Source of the DNA: a bacterium
Lineage (GTDB): Bacteria; UBA8248
Assembly (NCBI GenBank): GCA_965202625.1
Contig: CBDBBI010000010.1
Coordinates: forward strand, 1,504,001 to 1,568,000
Direction of reading: 5' to 3'
Length of the DNA stretch: 64,000 bases
Each line of letters begins with the position of its first letter. Position 1 is the stretch's first letter. The notes beneath the pieces are model-generated. The model searched no databases. It was given only the letters and a program-made list of their open reading frames with translations, and had not been told where the DNA came from. The translations under genes were made by a program, and so were the position numbers. This document shows positions 19,629 to 28,931 of the stretch, piece after piece.

Positions 19629-20726
19629 ATGAGCGACGCGACCCACGCCTACCAACCAGATTACGCCGTCCCGCCGGGAACGGTGCTTGCAGAGCGTCTC
19701 GAGGCGCACGACATATCGCACGCGGAGTTCGCCCGCCGATGCGGTCGCTCGCCCAAGCTGATCAGCGAAATCATTTCCGGCAAGGCTCCCGTAGAGTCGA
19801 AGACGGCGATTCAATTCGAGAAGGTCACGGGAGTCGCCGCCCATATCTGGCTCGGAATCGAAACCAACTACCGGCTCCATCGGGCGCGAGAAGCCGAGGC
19901 CAGGGAAGCGGAAAAATCCGCTTCGTGGGGAAAGCGTTTTCCGGTGAAAGATTTGGTAGCGCGCGGAGTCATGGACAAGCCATCCGCGCGCTACAGCACA
20001 GTGCCGGCCCTGCTTTCCCTTTTCAGCGTCGCGTCAATCGAAGCCTGGGGCGTCAAATATGGGTCGGCGAGCGTCAGCTACCGCCATTCTCCGAGTTTCA
20101 AGAGCGACGAATTCTCTCTGGCGACCTGGCGCAGGCTGGGCGAAATCGAAGCCGAACAGCAGACTTGCGCCGATTTTCAGGAACCTCTATTCAAACGCGC
20201 CCTCGGGGAGATTCGCACCCTCACGCGCGATCCGTCTACCCATAAAGCGATCCAAGAGGCAGGCAACCAATGCAACGAAGCGGGCGTCGTCCTCGCTCTG
20301 ATCCCCCCCTTGAAGGGGATCGCGATCAGCGGCGCTGCCTGGTGGCTATCCAGCAAAAAAGCGACAATCGCCCTGAGCGCGCGCCACAAGACGGGCGATC
20401 ATCTGTGGTTCACCTTCTTCCACGAGGCCGCGCACATCCTGCTGCACGGCAAGAAAGAGGTATTCGTTGATTCGGAAAGCAACGACGCCGAAGAACGTGA
20501 AGCCGAAGCGAACCGATGGGCCGCGGATTTCCTGATTCCGGGCGAGGATTGGAGGCAATTTGTCGCCGACGGCACCAAAAGCGCACATGCCGTTCAGCAA
20601 TTCGCCAAGGAGCAAGGCATCGCTCCGGGCATCGTGGTCGGCAGACTGCAGCACGAAAAACGTTTGCCGTGGAATCGTATGAACCAGCTAAAAAGGCGAC
20701 TGGCGTGGAAAACCGAGAAACCCTGA
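19629..20726 (+). CDS. higA: HigA-like HTH antitoxin fused to ImmA/IrrE metallopeptidase
   Basis: PPGTVLAERL HTH_3 N-terminus; WFTFFHEAAHILLH HExxH and EAEANRWAA. Confidence 0.85.
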   Translation: MSDATHAYQPDYAVPPGTVLAERLEAHDISHAEFARRCGRSPKLISEIISGKAPVESKTAIQFEKVTGVAAHIWLGIETNYRLHRAREAEAREAEKSASWGKRFPVKDLVARGVMDKPSARYSTVPALLSLFSVASIEAWGVKYGSASVSYRHSPSFKSDEFSLATWRRLGEIEAEQQTCADFQEPLFKRALGEIRTLTRDPSTHKAIQEAGNQCNEAGVVLALIPPLKGIAISGAAWWLSSKKATIALSARHKTGDHLWFTFFHEAAHILLHGKKEVFVDSESNDAEEREAEANRWAADFLIPGEDWRQFVADGTKSAHAVQQFAKEQGIAPGIVVGRLQHEKRLPWNRMNQLKRRLAWKTEKP

Positions 20727-20861
20727 CGCTCTGACGTCCCCTTCAGCGCAAAACCGCCGATTCGACGTTCCGCCCCACTCACGCTTGCCTCCCCCCCCCC
20801 TTTTGGCCTCCCCCCCTTCGCGCGCGCGTTTTTTTCAGCGTCCAGGGAGGCCGGACGCCCC

Positions 20862-23800
20862 TCACGCAAGCGGCCAGCCGCCGTGGGCGGCGATCGTCTC
20901 CTCAATGCGGGCCATGACGCGGGACGTCTCGGCGAGCCCCGCGCAGAGGCGGGCGTAATGGACGACGTCCTCCCAGGAGAGGACGCGGTTTTTACGATCT
21001 TTCAGCCACTTCTCCGCCGGGCGATAGCCGCCGATGGCGAAACGCCAGACGTCGGGCGTCACCCCCTCGAAATACTGCGCGTCGTTTATCCACGCCCGGC
21101 CGGGCGCCCCGCCGCTCGGCGGAGCGTAGCGGACTTTCTCGACGCGATTCCGGCCCGCGCGCGGAAAGGCGGGCGCACCCTCGCCCTTCGCCTCCATCAG
21201 ATGCAGGGCGACCAGGCGTGCCCCGAGGCCGACAAGAGCGGCGAACAACGCGCACGCGGGCGTCAGCGGGACGCGCGGAAAATCCGACTTCAGAAAATCG
21301 GCGTAGCGGCGGCGGTATTCAGGGCTGTGGAGGACGGCATAGATGTAGTGAAAGACGTCCTCCGGCCCAAACGTGGCGGTGAGATCGCCCGCGCCCTCGG
21401 ATACGAACTCCAGGCGAAGGGCGGAGGCCGCCATTCGGATGAACTCCCGGTCGAGATTCGGTGCGCGTCCCTCGCCGCCGACCGCCGGGGCTTCATCTGG
21501 ATAGACGTAGAGGGGGAAGAGATAATTCACCTCCTTGAGCGATACCGTGTGATGCTGGATAAGGTTGCGCGAGACAAAAACGTGCTCCCAGCCTCCGATA
21601 ATTTCGGTCGATCTGGTCGTCGAAAGCCCTATATTTGGCCCGGCGCGCATGTGACGCATAACACGCTCCCGCCGATGGACAGCGACGTTGCGGTCGAAAA
21701 CAGTCGTCCGAACATCAAACGGGCGATAAAGAATATGCTCGACCCGATCGCGCCATGAGCCGTCTGCGAGTTCTGTCTTCGCACGGTCATACTGCCACTG
21801 ATTCTGCGAACACAAACGCCATAGGGTGCGCGCCTCGCTCTCGGATGTCGTTTCAAGTAGGCGGCCGATTTTGGATTCCGCCTCCTCCCGTGTCCATGAA
21901 ATGGCGAATTGATCATGCGTCGTCACAATCCCTGGAGCGGGGTCGCCACTCGGCCGGAAGATATCGGGGATTGACCACGCCGCCTCGTATTCCTCCGCCC
22001 TCGCCTCGTCTCTCGGCACAAAAAGATAGAGCGGCGTCTTCGGAGAGAGCTGCGTCCAGGGCGTGGTCTCTATGTCGTTGGCGGCGAGCCAGCCGTATTT
22101 GCCGCCGTCCGGCCCCGCCTCGCGCACCCCCCAGAGGTCGGCGTGGAACACGCGCCCCGGAGCGTCGCCGGCGTCTTTTCTCTTGACGAACAGGCCGACG
22201 GCGACGCCCTGCTGAATGTCAAAGACGTTCTCGTCCCTGCTCCCGTCGGGTGCTCTTTCTCTCCTCTTGGCGTTGCCGTGCAGGTCGAGCAGGTATATCT
22301 CGTCGAAGGTCTCCATGAGGCTGCGGCGCATTCCGCGGAAGGTGGGATTGTCGAGATACGCGTGGTTCGTGACGAAGCCGAGCACGCCCTCGCCGGTCCG
22401 CTCGATGCGCCACTGCGCGAAGCGGATGAATTTGACGTAATCGTCGCTGAGCCATTTTGCTTGTGCTGGCTTTTTCAGTTCTGGGAAACCATGCCTGTAG
22501 TCTTTGACCAAGTTTGCGATCCACGCCCCCTTGTTGGCGGAATGGCCGGAATAGGGCGGGTTGCCGAGTACCACCATCACGGGCTTCTCGCGCTTCATCT
22601 CGTCCGCGCGCGCCGCCTCCTGGGCGATCTGCGGAGCGAACAGCGGGCCCGTGGTTCTCTCGTGCGCCTCCTCCAGCGCGTTGGTGAGAAAGACGCCGAG
22701 ACGGGTTCCCTCCGGCATCTCGAAGCCGGCGTCCGCACCGCCGATCTCCAGGGCGAGCTTGAGGTGGCAGATGGCGTAGGGTGCCATCAACAACTCGAAG
22801 CCGAACAGACGGCCCAACAGATGCCGGCGGACGTAATCGCGCCAGGCACCGCCCAGCCCCCTCTCCTCGATGGCGCGGCGAATGACGACGATCACCTCGC
22901 GCAGAAAGGTACCCGTACCCACGGCGGGGTCGAGAACCAGAACGCGCGGACTCTCTCCGCCTGCGGGGCTTTCAAGGGGGATAGTCGCGGTGTCGGCAAG
23001 CCCCTCAGCCAGGCCGAAGCGGGTGCGAAGGAGGCGGTCCACGCTCCGCACGATATAGGAGACGACGGGCTCCGGCGTGTAATAGACGCCGCGCCTCTCG
23101 CGCAGCTGCGGATCGTAGGCGGCCAGAAAATCCTCGTAGAAGTGCACCACCGGATCCTCGCTTCGCGTGCGCCTGCCGAAATCGGCGAGAATGGACGCCA
23201 TGTCCGCCCTATCCAGCAGCAGGGCGATCTCATCCACGATCCACGCGATCCTCTCGTCAACGTCGGGACCGGCGATGCGATTGAAGAGGTCGCGCAGAAG
23301 CGGCGTCGTGGACGCGAAGACGGCGGTCTGGCGCATGAACCGCCCCGCGCGCGAATCGTGGAGGCAGCGCGCGGCGAACAGCCCGTAGGCTGCGGTTTGC
23401 GCCTGCAAATCCGCGAATTCCTCCGGCGAGAGGTTGGAGATCAGAACGTTGCGATAGCCCTCCAGCAGCCCGCGCAGCGACCCCTCCTGCCCTTCCCTTT
23501 CGAGAATGCGCCCGATGCCCTCGCGCAGCAGCCGCGCCTTGGCCGCCATGCGTTTGGCAAGTTCGCGCGGGTCGCCGACCGAAGGCGGGTCGGCCTCGAA
23601 GAACCCCTCAAACAACGCGCGAACCCGCTCTCGTCCTTCCGCGTTCGCACCGATTCCGCCCCGGGCGTCGATGGACCCCAGGCGCGCCGTCGCGCGCAGA
23701 TCGCCCCGCGCATACCAGCGAAATTCCAGATAATCGGTGAGAATGAGATTGGGCAGTCCCTGGCGATAGCGCCGCAGCTGCTCGCCGCTTTCGACGTTCT

Positions 23801-24056
23801 CCAGATGGGCGCCGACGTCCTTGCATTCGACGTGGCCCAGGGGAACGCCGCTTCGCTCGACGATGAAGTCGGGCGCACCGCAGGAGACGCGCGCGGGTTC
23901 GTTGATGGCGTGAACGCCATCGCCCGCCAGAGCCTCAACGAGCGACTTGAGCGCGGGTCGATAGCTGTGCTCGCGCGCCTGGCCGCTCGCGCGCGTCTCC
24001 TCCACTCTCAGGCGATACTCCCGCAGCGCCTTTCCCGAATGCGGCGCCGGCGCCAT
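20862..24056 (-). CDS. type ISP-like/IIG restriction-modification fusion (nuclease + N6-adenine MTase + TRD)
   Basis: PDF..ECKD nuclease motif, GVYYTP, LDPAVGTGTF, GNPPY, DDYVKFIRF, YIYAVLHSPEYRRRY, IGGYRPAEKWLKDR. Confidence 0.88.
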   Translation of the reverse strand: MAPAPHSGKALREYRLRVEETRASGQAREHSYRPALKSLVEALAGDGVHAINEPARVSCGAPDFIVERSGVPLGHVECKDVGAHLENVESGEQLRRYRQGLPNLILTDYLEFRWYARGDLRATARLGSIDARGGIGANAEGRERVRALFEGFFEADPPSVGDPRELAKRMAAKARLLREGIGRILEREGQEGSLRGLLEGYRNVLISNLSPEEFADLQAQTAAYGLFAARCLHDSRAGRFMRQTAVFASTTPLLRDLFNRIAGPDVDERIAWIVDEIALLLDRADMASILADFGRRTRSEDPVVHFYEDFLAAYDPQLRERRGVYYTPEPVVSYIVRSVDRLLRTRFGLAEGLADTATIPLESPAGGESPRVLVLDPAVGTGTFLREVIVVIRRAIEERGLGGAWRDYVRRHLLGRLFGFELLMAPYAICHLKLALEIGGADAGFEMPEGTRLGVFLTNALEEAHERTTGPLFAPQIAQEAARADEMKREKPVMVVLGNPPYSGHSANKGAWIANLVKDYRHGFPELKKPAQAKWLSDDYVKFIRFAQWRIERTGEGVLGFVTNHAYLDNPTFRGMRRSLMETFDEIYLLDLHGNAKRRERAPDGSRDENVFDIQQGVAVGLFVKRKDAGDAPGRVFHADLWGVREAGPDGGKYGWLAANDIETTPWTQLSPKTPLYLFVPRDEARAEEYEAAWSIPDIFRPSGDPAPGIVTTHDQFAISWTREEAESKIGRLLETTSESEARTLWRLCSQNQWQYDRAKTELADGSWRDRVEHILYRPFDVRTTVFDRNVAVHRRERVMRHMRAGPNIGLSTTRSTEIIGGWEHVFVSRNLIQHHTVSLKEVNYLFPLYVYPDEAPAVGGEGRAPNLDREFIRMAASALRLEFVSEGAGDLTATFGPEDVFHYIYAVLHSPEYRRRYADFLKSDFPRVPLTPACALFAALVGLGARLVALHLMEAKGEGAPAFPRAGRNRVEKVRYAPPSGGAPGRAWINDAQYFEGVTPDVWRFAIGGYRPAEKWLKDRKNRVLSWEDVVHYARLCAGLAETSRVMARIEETIAAHGGWPLA

Positions 24057-24088
24057 GCTCTCTCCGCGCATATCTCCCGCGCGCTCCC

Positions 24089-25840
24089 CTATTCCCCCTT
24101 CTCCGGAATCACCGGCAGGAGCAGATGCGCGGGATGTGCGGGGCCCGTGTGCAGCGTCACGTTTCCGCCAAAGCGCTCTGTGGGCCTGTCCTCTTTCAGA
24201 TCGTGCTTGAAAGGCCCCACCCCGTAATAGACGCGGCCGGATATTTTCGGCGCGGAGGGTGCATAGCCCGGCCAGACGTAATCGCGCCCCCGAACGCTCA
24301 GGCCGAGGCGGTATCCTTTGGGTGCGACGATGCTCGTGGGCCATATCTCGACGTCGAGTGCGTATATCTCGCCCGGCGTCAGGGGCTGGGCCTCATCGTG
24401 GGCGTGGTAGGGCCGGTAGGGGAGCGTGAGCGCCTCGTCGAGTTTTCTGCGCGAGGCGCGCAGCCAGCCGATGGCCACGGGCGTGTGCGGGTCGTTCGAC
24501 CCCCGGTAGAGGATTTCCGTCATGTCCGGAGCGAAGAGGCGCAGGATGAGGAACAAATCCGCATCCTCCGTATCGGAGGAGACGAAGAGCTTGGCGGCGA
24601 TGGGGCCGGTGATCTCGGTTTCCGCGTCCAGGGGCGGTGAAAGATAGGTGAGGCCGTCGCCCAGGGCGGCGTAGCTCTTGGTGCGCGCGTTGCGCTGCGG
24701 TTCCGGCCGCAGGGTGCCCGAGCCGGAATGGAGGTAATACTTCGTCCATCGCGTGCGCGCGAGGGGCCATTCCTCCTCCGCGCGCGCGACGAACCGCTCG
24801 CCCGGATGGCGCACCTGGAGGAGCACTCTGGGCTGTGCCTCCCAGCCCGTATCCTCGCCTTTGAGGAAATGGCCGAAAAACTTCTTTTGAAGCGCCACGC
24901 CGTAATCGGTGTAGAAGTGCGTGAAATGCTCCAGCCCGTGCATCTCCAGCCATTTCTGCGCGGTGCCCGCCCGCGCGAAGCCCTCCGTGTTCCCCCTCGG
25001 GTGCAGGCCCACGCCCCCCCAGTTGCCCGCCGAGAGGAGCGGCGTCTTGATCTTTGAGAAATCCGGTCTGCGCACCCGCCAGTAGTCGTCGTCAAACGGA
25101 TGGTCGAGAACGTCGCGCCCGAAGTCGCTCCTGTTCGATGCGAGCTCCTCCTCCGTCAGGTTCAAGGGCCCGGATATCCACTCTCCGTTCAGGCGGCTCT
25201 TGAGGCCGCGCCTGCCCTTGCCGTGCTGACGGGGGACGACGGCCTCTCGATACCAGGTCTCGGAAAAGCGGCAGGCGACGCCCCCGTGATAGACGAGGTC
25301 CCGGTAGAAATCGGCCGCCCCCTCCCAGACGCACATGGCCGCCAGATGGGGCGGCTGGAGGGCGGCCACCTGCCACTGGTTCATCCCGTAGTAGGAGATG
25401 CCGTTCAGGCCCACCTTCCCGCTGCTCCAGGGCTGAACCCCCGCCCACTCGATGCAGTCGTAAAAATCCCTGGTCTCGCGCGGCGACCACACCTCAAGAT
25501 AGCCGGGCGAGCGGCCGGCGCCCCTTGAATCCACGCGGACGCAGGCGTAGCCGTCCGGCACCCATTTCTCGGGGTCCACGAGCTCCCAGTTCTGGTATTT
25601 GTTGGAGGTTCCGGCGATGGTTTCCGGGTAATCGTTCACCATCAGCCCCCACTGGTGGGGATATCCGTCCTCCAGGTGGAGCCACTTCGCATAGGGGCCG
25701 TAGCTGATGATGACGGGATGCTTCCCCTCCCCGAGGGGTCGAAAGACGTCGCAACGCAGAACGACGCCGTCGTCCATCTCGATGGGCACATCCCAGTCAA
25801 CACGCATTCCGTCTCTCGTCTCGCTCTTGTACGCGCTCAT
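24089..25840 (-). CDS. CocE/NonD family hydrolase
   Basis: DGVVLRCDVFRP, DSRGAGRSPG, WSSGKVGLNGISYYG nucleophile motif, C-terminal PepX_C-like domain. Confidence 0.9.
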   Translation of the reverse strand: MSAYKSETRDGMRVDWDVPIEMDDGVVLRCDVFRPLGEGKHPVIISYGPYAKWLHLEDGYPHQWGLMVNDYPETIAGTSNKYQNWELVDPEKWVPDGYACVRVDSRGAGRSPGYLEVWSPRETRDFYDCIEWAGVQPWSSGKVGLNGISYYGMNQWQVAALQPPHLAAMCVWEGAADFYRDLVYHGGVACRFSETWYREAVVPRQHGKGRRGLKSRLNGEWISGPLNLTEEELASNRSDFGRDVLDHPFDDDYWRVRRPDFSKIKTPLLSAGNWGGVGLHPRGNTEGFARAGTAQKWLEMHGLEHFTHFYTDYGVALQKKFFGHFLKGEDTGWEAQPRVLLQVRHPGERFVARAEEEWPLARTRWTKYYLHSGSGTLRPEPQRNARTKSYAALGDGLTYLSPPLDAETEITGPIAAKLFVSSDTEDADLFLILRLFAPDMTEILYRGSNDPHTPVAIGWLRASRRKLDEALTLPYRPYHAHDEAQPLTPGEIYALDVEIWPTSIVAPKGYRLGLSVRGRDYVWPGYAPSAPKISGRVYYGVGPFKHDLKEDRPTERFGGNVTLHTGPAHPAHLLLPVIPEKGE

Positions 25841-26212
25841 GTCTCGCCTTTCTGAAAGAGGGGGAAATGACCTTCGGCAACGCATTCGGAGATAGGGGAA
25901 ATATAACCGAGCGGCGAGGCGCAAGTCCAGAGAGAGGCTTCAGGTCGGGAGAGGTTCCCGCGCGCGCCAAACTTGACGCCGCCGCGCTTCTCTCCGGCAT
26001 GACGCGCGCTGGCAAGCGTCATAGGTGCGCTGGTAAGTCGTCCGCAGATTCGGGAGCTCTCATCCGCCCGCGCCGTGATCGGCGGGCCATGAACGCCAGG
26101 GAGGAAACGGAATCGTTAGCGAAAGGACCATGAATGGAAAGGCAGCGGACCCCGTTGGAACATCCCTATGCCTCAGCGTCGCCATCGAGTTGTTCTATGT
26201 AATCAGAACGAC

Positions 26213-26503
26213 TCACGCTGCTAAATCATCGAGACGCCGCTTGCGTTTCTCCATATGCCGAGAAAGTTTTTTTGCGGAAGACAAACATTTCCATGACGCT
26301 TTCAGCGCCATATAAAGCGAATCTATAGCCTCATCATGGGTTGCTCCTTCCCCATGATGCGGCAGATTCGGCTCCATCAACATATCGATATCGGCAAAAT
26401 ATCTTCCATCCATTTCACGGATATGAACGAAAACCGGATTTCCTTCACAGGGCTCTGATTGCGTAATCGGAGTGTGCACAATCAGAAATGCGCGATTTTC
26501 CAT
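26213..26503 (-). CDS. small hypothetical protein, HicB-like fold possible
   Basis: GEGATHDEAI motif resembles HicB G-x-T-xx-EA; lower GC than flanks. Confidence 0.5.
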   Translation of the reverse strand: MENRAFLIVHTPITQSEPCEGNPVFVHIREMDGRYFADIDMLMEPNLPHHGEGATHDEAIDSLYMALKASWKCLSSAKKLSRHMEKRKRRLDDLAA

Positions 26504-26532
26504 TTTCTCATACCCTCTTTCTTCATAAGACG

Positions 26533-26775
26533 TTATGCAGATTTAGACTCCAGCACTGTTATGATAGCACTGCTTCTCACGTTGTAGATGGGATGTCCAT
26601 CCAGTCCCCGCTCCCTCTTGAATTTGGCGACTTCCAATATATCCATCCTAATTCGCAGCACTGATCCGTCAGCAAGCCTGACTTTCGTCGGCTTATCAAC
26701 GATCTCTTCGATCTCGACCATCTCTACGTCATGCATCTCACCTGTTGATGGATGCTTCATCTTTCGCTCTGCCAT
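26533..26775 (-). CDS. small hypothetical beta-rich protein
   Basis: 80 aa, LADGSVLRIR..DGHPIYNVRS; RBS-like GGGTGG; lower GC; tandem with previous gene. Confidence 0.6.
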   Translation of the reverse strand: MAERKMKHPSTGEMHDVEMVEIEEIVDKPTKVRLADGSVLRIRMDILEVAKFKRERGLDGHPIYNVRSSAIITVLESKSA

Positions 26776-27126
26776 AACCCACCCTTTTTATCGGCAATAC
26801 GTCTCATTCGCTTTGACGCGGGAATTTTCTCGTTCGCCGCTCGATCGCCTGAACAGCGTCCTTCTCCGGACGCCCCGGTGATGGGCGCTCGCCGAATCCC
26901 CCTCTGGTAAGTGAATGCGCACAAACAGCAACTCATATGACCATATCCTACTTGGAATAATGCGGGATGTCTTGCCATGCGAAAATCTCAACCGGCCCGA
27001 AGTTACCGCAACTTGCGATGCGCTCTGCGATGCGCATCGCACCCCGCCTCCACGCGGCCGGGCGTTTGAGAAACGCGCGCGCACGCCGCACAATGCGCCT
27101 GAGCTGAGGGAGGAGGATGTGATTTG

Positions 27127-27534
27127 ATGCGCGCGCGCACATGGAAAACCGCCGCCGGCGCGGCCTTCGCGCTGTGGTTCCTGTGGCTGCCCGACGCCCT
27201 CGGGCACGGGGAGGAGGAAATCCTCCTGTTCGTCTATCTGGCGGAGGAACCCCACCTCCTGAGAATCTCGACCGCCATCGTGGGAGGCGTCATTCTGGCG
27301 ATGGGACTTTTCATCGCCTACCAATCGCGCGCGGAAGCACTGGAGGGGGCGCGCGGCGAGGCATCCGGTTTGCGTCTGATGGCGCCGGGCGTCGTGGTCG
27401 TCAGCCTGGGCGTCGCCGTGCTGCTCGCGGCGGCCTTCATCCTGCCCGAGCGGCTCACGGTCGCACACGATCATCCCCTGCGCCACCCCGATGGAAACTC
27501 CCCCCAAGCGGAGAGCCGCCCCTCCAGCGAATAA
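27127..27534 (+). CDS. hypothetical membrane protein
   Basis: GGAGGAGG RBS, signal-like N-terminus and two hydrophobic helices. Confidence 0.6.
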   Translation: MRARTWKTAAGAAFALWFLWLPDALGHGEEEILLFVYLAEEPHLLRISTAIVGGVILAMGLFIAYQSRAEALEGARGEASGLRLMAPGVVVVSLGVAVLLAAAFILPERLTVAHDHPLRHPDGNSPQAESRPSSE

Positions 27535-27594
27535 AAGCGTCGCCGCCATTCCCGAAGCCGGGCGGGACGGCGGGGCGTTGTTCTTGCCGTTTTC

Positions 27595-28223
27595 CCCTCA
27601 CGCGAAAGGGATGCTAGAATGCGCCTTTATGATGGTTGATTTACAGGTGGGCGAGAGACGCGCGTCGCCGTAAAAAACGGGAGAGAGACGATGAAAAAAC
27701 CTGTCGCCATCGCAATGACAGCCGCATCCGTCCTGGGACTCGCGGGTTGCGGCGCCATCCGGGGAGGCATCGGGAAGGAAACCGGCGGAACGATAATCGG
27801 CGGAATCGCGGGCGGGGCGCTCGGCTCCAGAATCGGCAAGGGCCGGGGCCGGACCGTGGCGACCATCGCGGGTGCCATCATCGGCGGTCTCGTGGGCAGC
27901 TCCATCGGCCCTCACGCGAAAGAGATACTAGAATGCGCCCTTATGAAGGCCGATTTATAGGCGGGCGAGAGACGCGCGTCGCCGCAAAAAACGGGAGAGA
28001 GACGATGAAAAAACCTGTCGCTATTGTAATGACAGCCGCATTCGCCCTGGGACTCGCGGGTTGCGACACCACCCGGGGAGGCATCGGGAAGGAAACCGGC
28101 GGAACGATAATCGGCGGAATCGCGGGCGGGGCGCTCGGCTCCAGAATCGGCAAGGGCCGGGGCCGGACCGTGGCGACCATCGCGGGTGCCATCATCGGCG
28201 GTCTCGTGGGCAGCTCCATCGGC
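27595..28223 (+). repeat. 314-bp tandem duplication of upstream region plus 5' half of lipoprotein gene
   Basis: unit starting ccctcacgcgaaag at 27595 recurs at 27909; ATGs at 27691 and 28005 are 314 nt apart. Confidence 0.92.
27691..27960 (+). pseudogene. truncated duplicate of glycine-zipper lipoprotein
   Basis: lipobox LAGC and glycine zipper identical to the downstream gene, then reads into the duplicated upstream sequence and stops. Confidence 0.75.
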
Positions 28224-28496
28224 AAGCAACTCGACGAGCGCGACCGCCTTCTCATGGCGCGCCGCACGCAGGTCACGCTGGACAAGGGAAAATCCGGCGT
28301 GGCGACCCAATGGGTGAACCCCGACACGGGCAACCGGGGCACCATCACGCCCAGACCCGCCTACAAGGTCAACAGGGGCACGACCAAGACGTATTGCAGG
28401 GAATTCCAGCAGACCATCACCGTGGGCGGCAAGACCGAGCGCGGCTATGGCCGTGCCTGCCGCCAGCCTGACGGCAGCTGGAAAATCGCCAACTAG
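28005..28496 (+). CDS. glycine-zipper lipoprotein, 17 kDa surface antigen (RT0821/Lpp0805)-like
   Basis: LAGC lipobox, GxxxG zipper, WVNPDTGNRG, YCREFQQTITVGG, ACRQPDGSWKI. Confidence 0.88.
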   Translation: MKKPVAIVMTAAFALGLAGCDTTRGGIGKETGGTIIGGIAGGALGSRIGKGRGRTVATIAGAIIGGLVGSSIGKQLDERDRLLMARRTQVTLDKGKSGVATQWVNPDTGNRGTITPRPAYKVNRGTTKTYCREFQQTITVGGKTERGYGRACRQPDGSWKIAN

Positions 28497-28797
28497 CGGG
28501 CACGCCGCAGAAAACGGCCAGACGTTTTCTATTGAACCTCACCTTGGCCGGCTCTCTGGCGTCTTGCGCCTACGGCACCCCTCCCCGAAAGGTCGCCGAA
28601 TACGCCTGCGGCTCCTAGCCGGGTGCCGCCGCGACATTCAGCTGACGCGCTCCATGTTCTGAATGTAGGGCAGGTTACTCCCCTCTTCCCCAATTTCGGC
28701 GAATCGGTGGACGACATCGCGCTTGAGGCGCGCCTTCCACCTCCTCTCCGGCTCCTACGTCGGCTATTTTCTGCGCAAGGCGGACGTAGGGAGACTC

Positions 28798-28881
28798 ATG
28801 CGCATCTATTCGGCAAAAGACGCCAAGGCGCAGATACGCGAGAAGACGGGAAGGCCGGCGGCGGGCCAGAAGGCACGATAG
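28798..28881 (+). pseudogene. possible Phd/YefM antitoxin remnant
   Basis: GGGAGA RBS then MRIYSAKDAKAQIREKTGRPAA, resembling a Phd N-terminus with an internal deletion. Confidence 0.35.
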
Positions 28882-28931
28882 CTGGCCTGGTTGCAGTAGT
28901 TCTTATTCTTTCCACATGTAATCCGTATTTC

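Noticed and set aside
22143-24227. Long + strand ORF (694 aa) and similar antisense ORFs, e.g. 17436-19028, 15418-16701, 33005-34270
   Set aside because: Shadow frames of well-supported opposite-strand genes in high-GC DNA; no motifs
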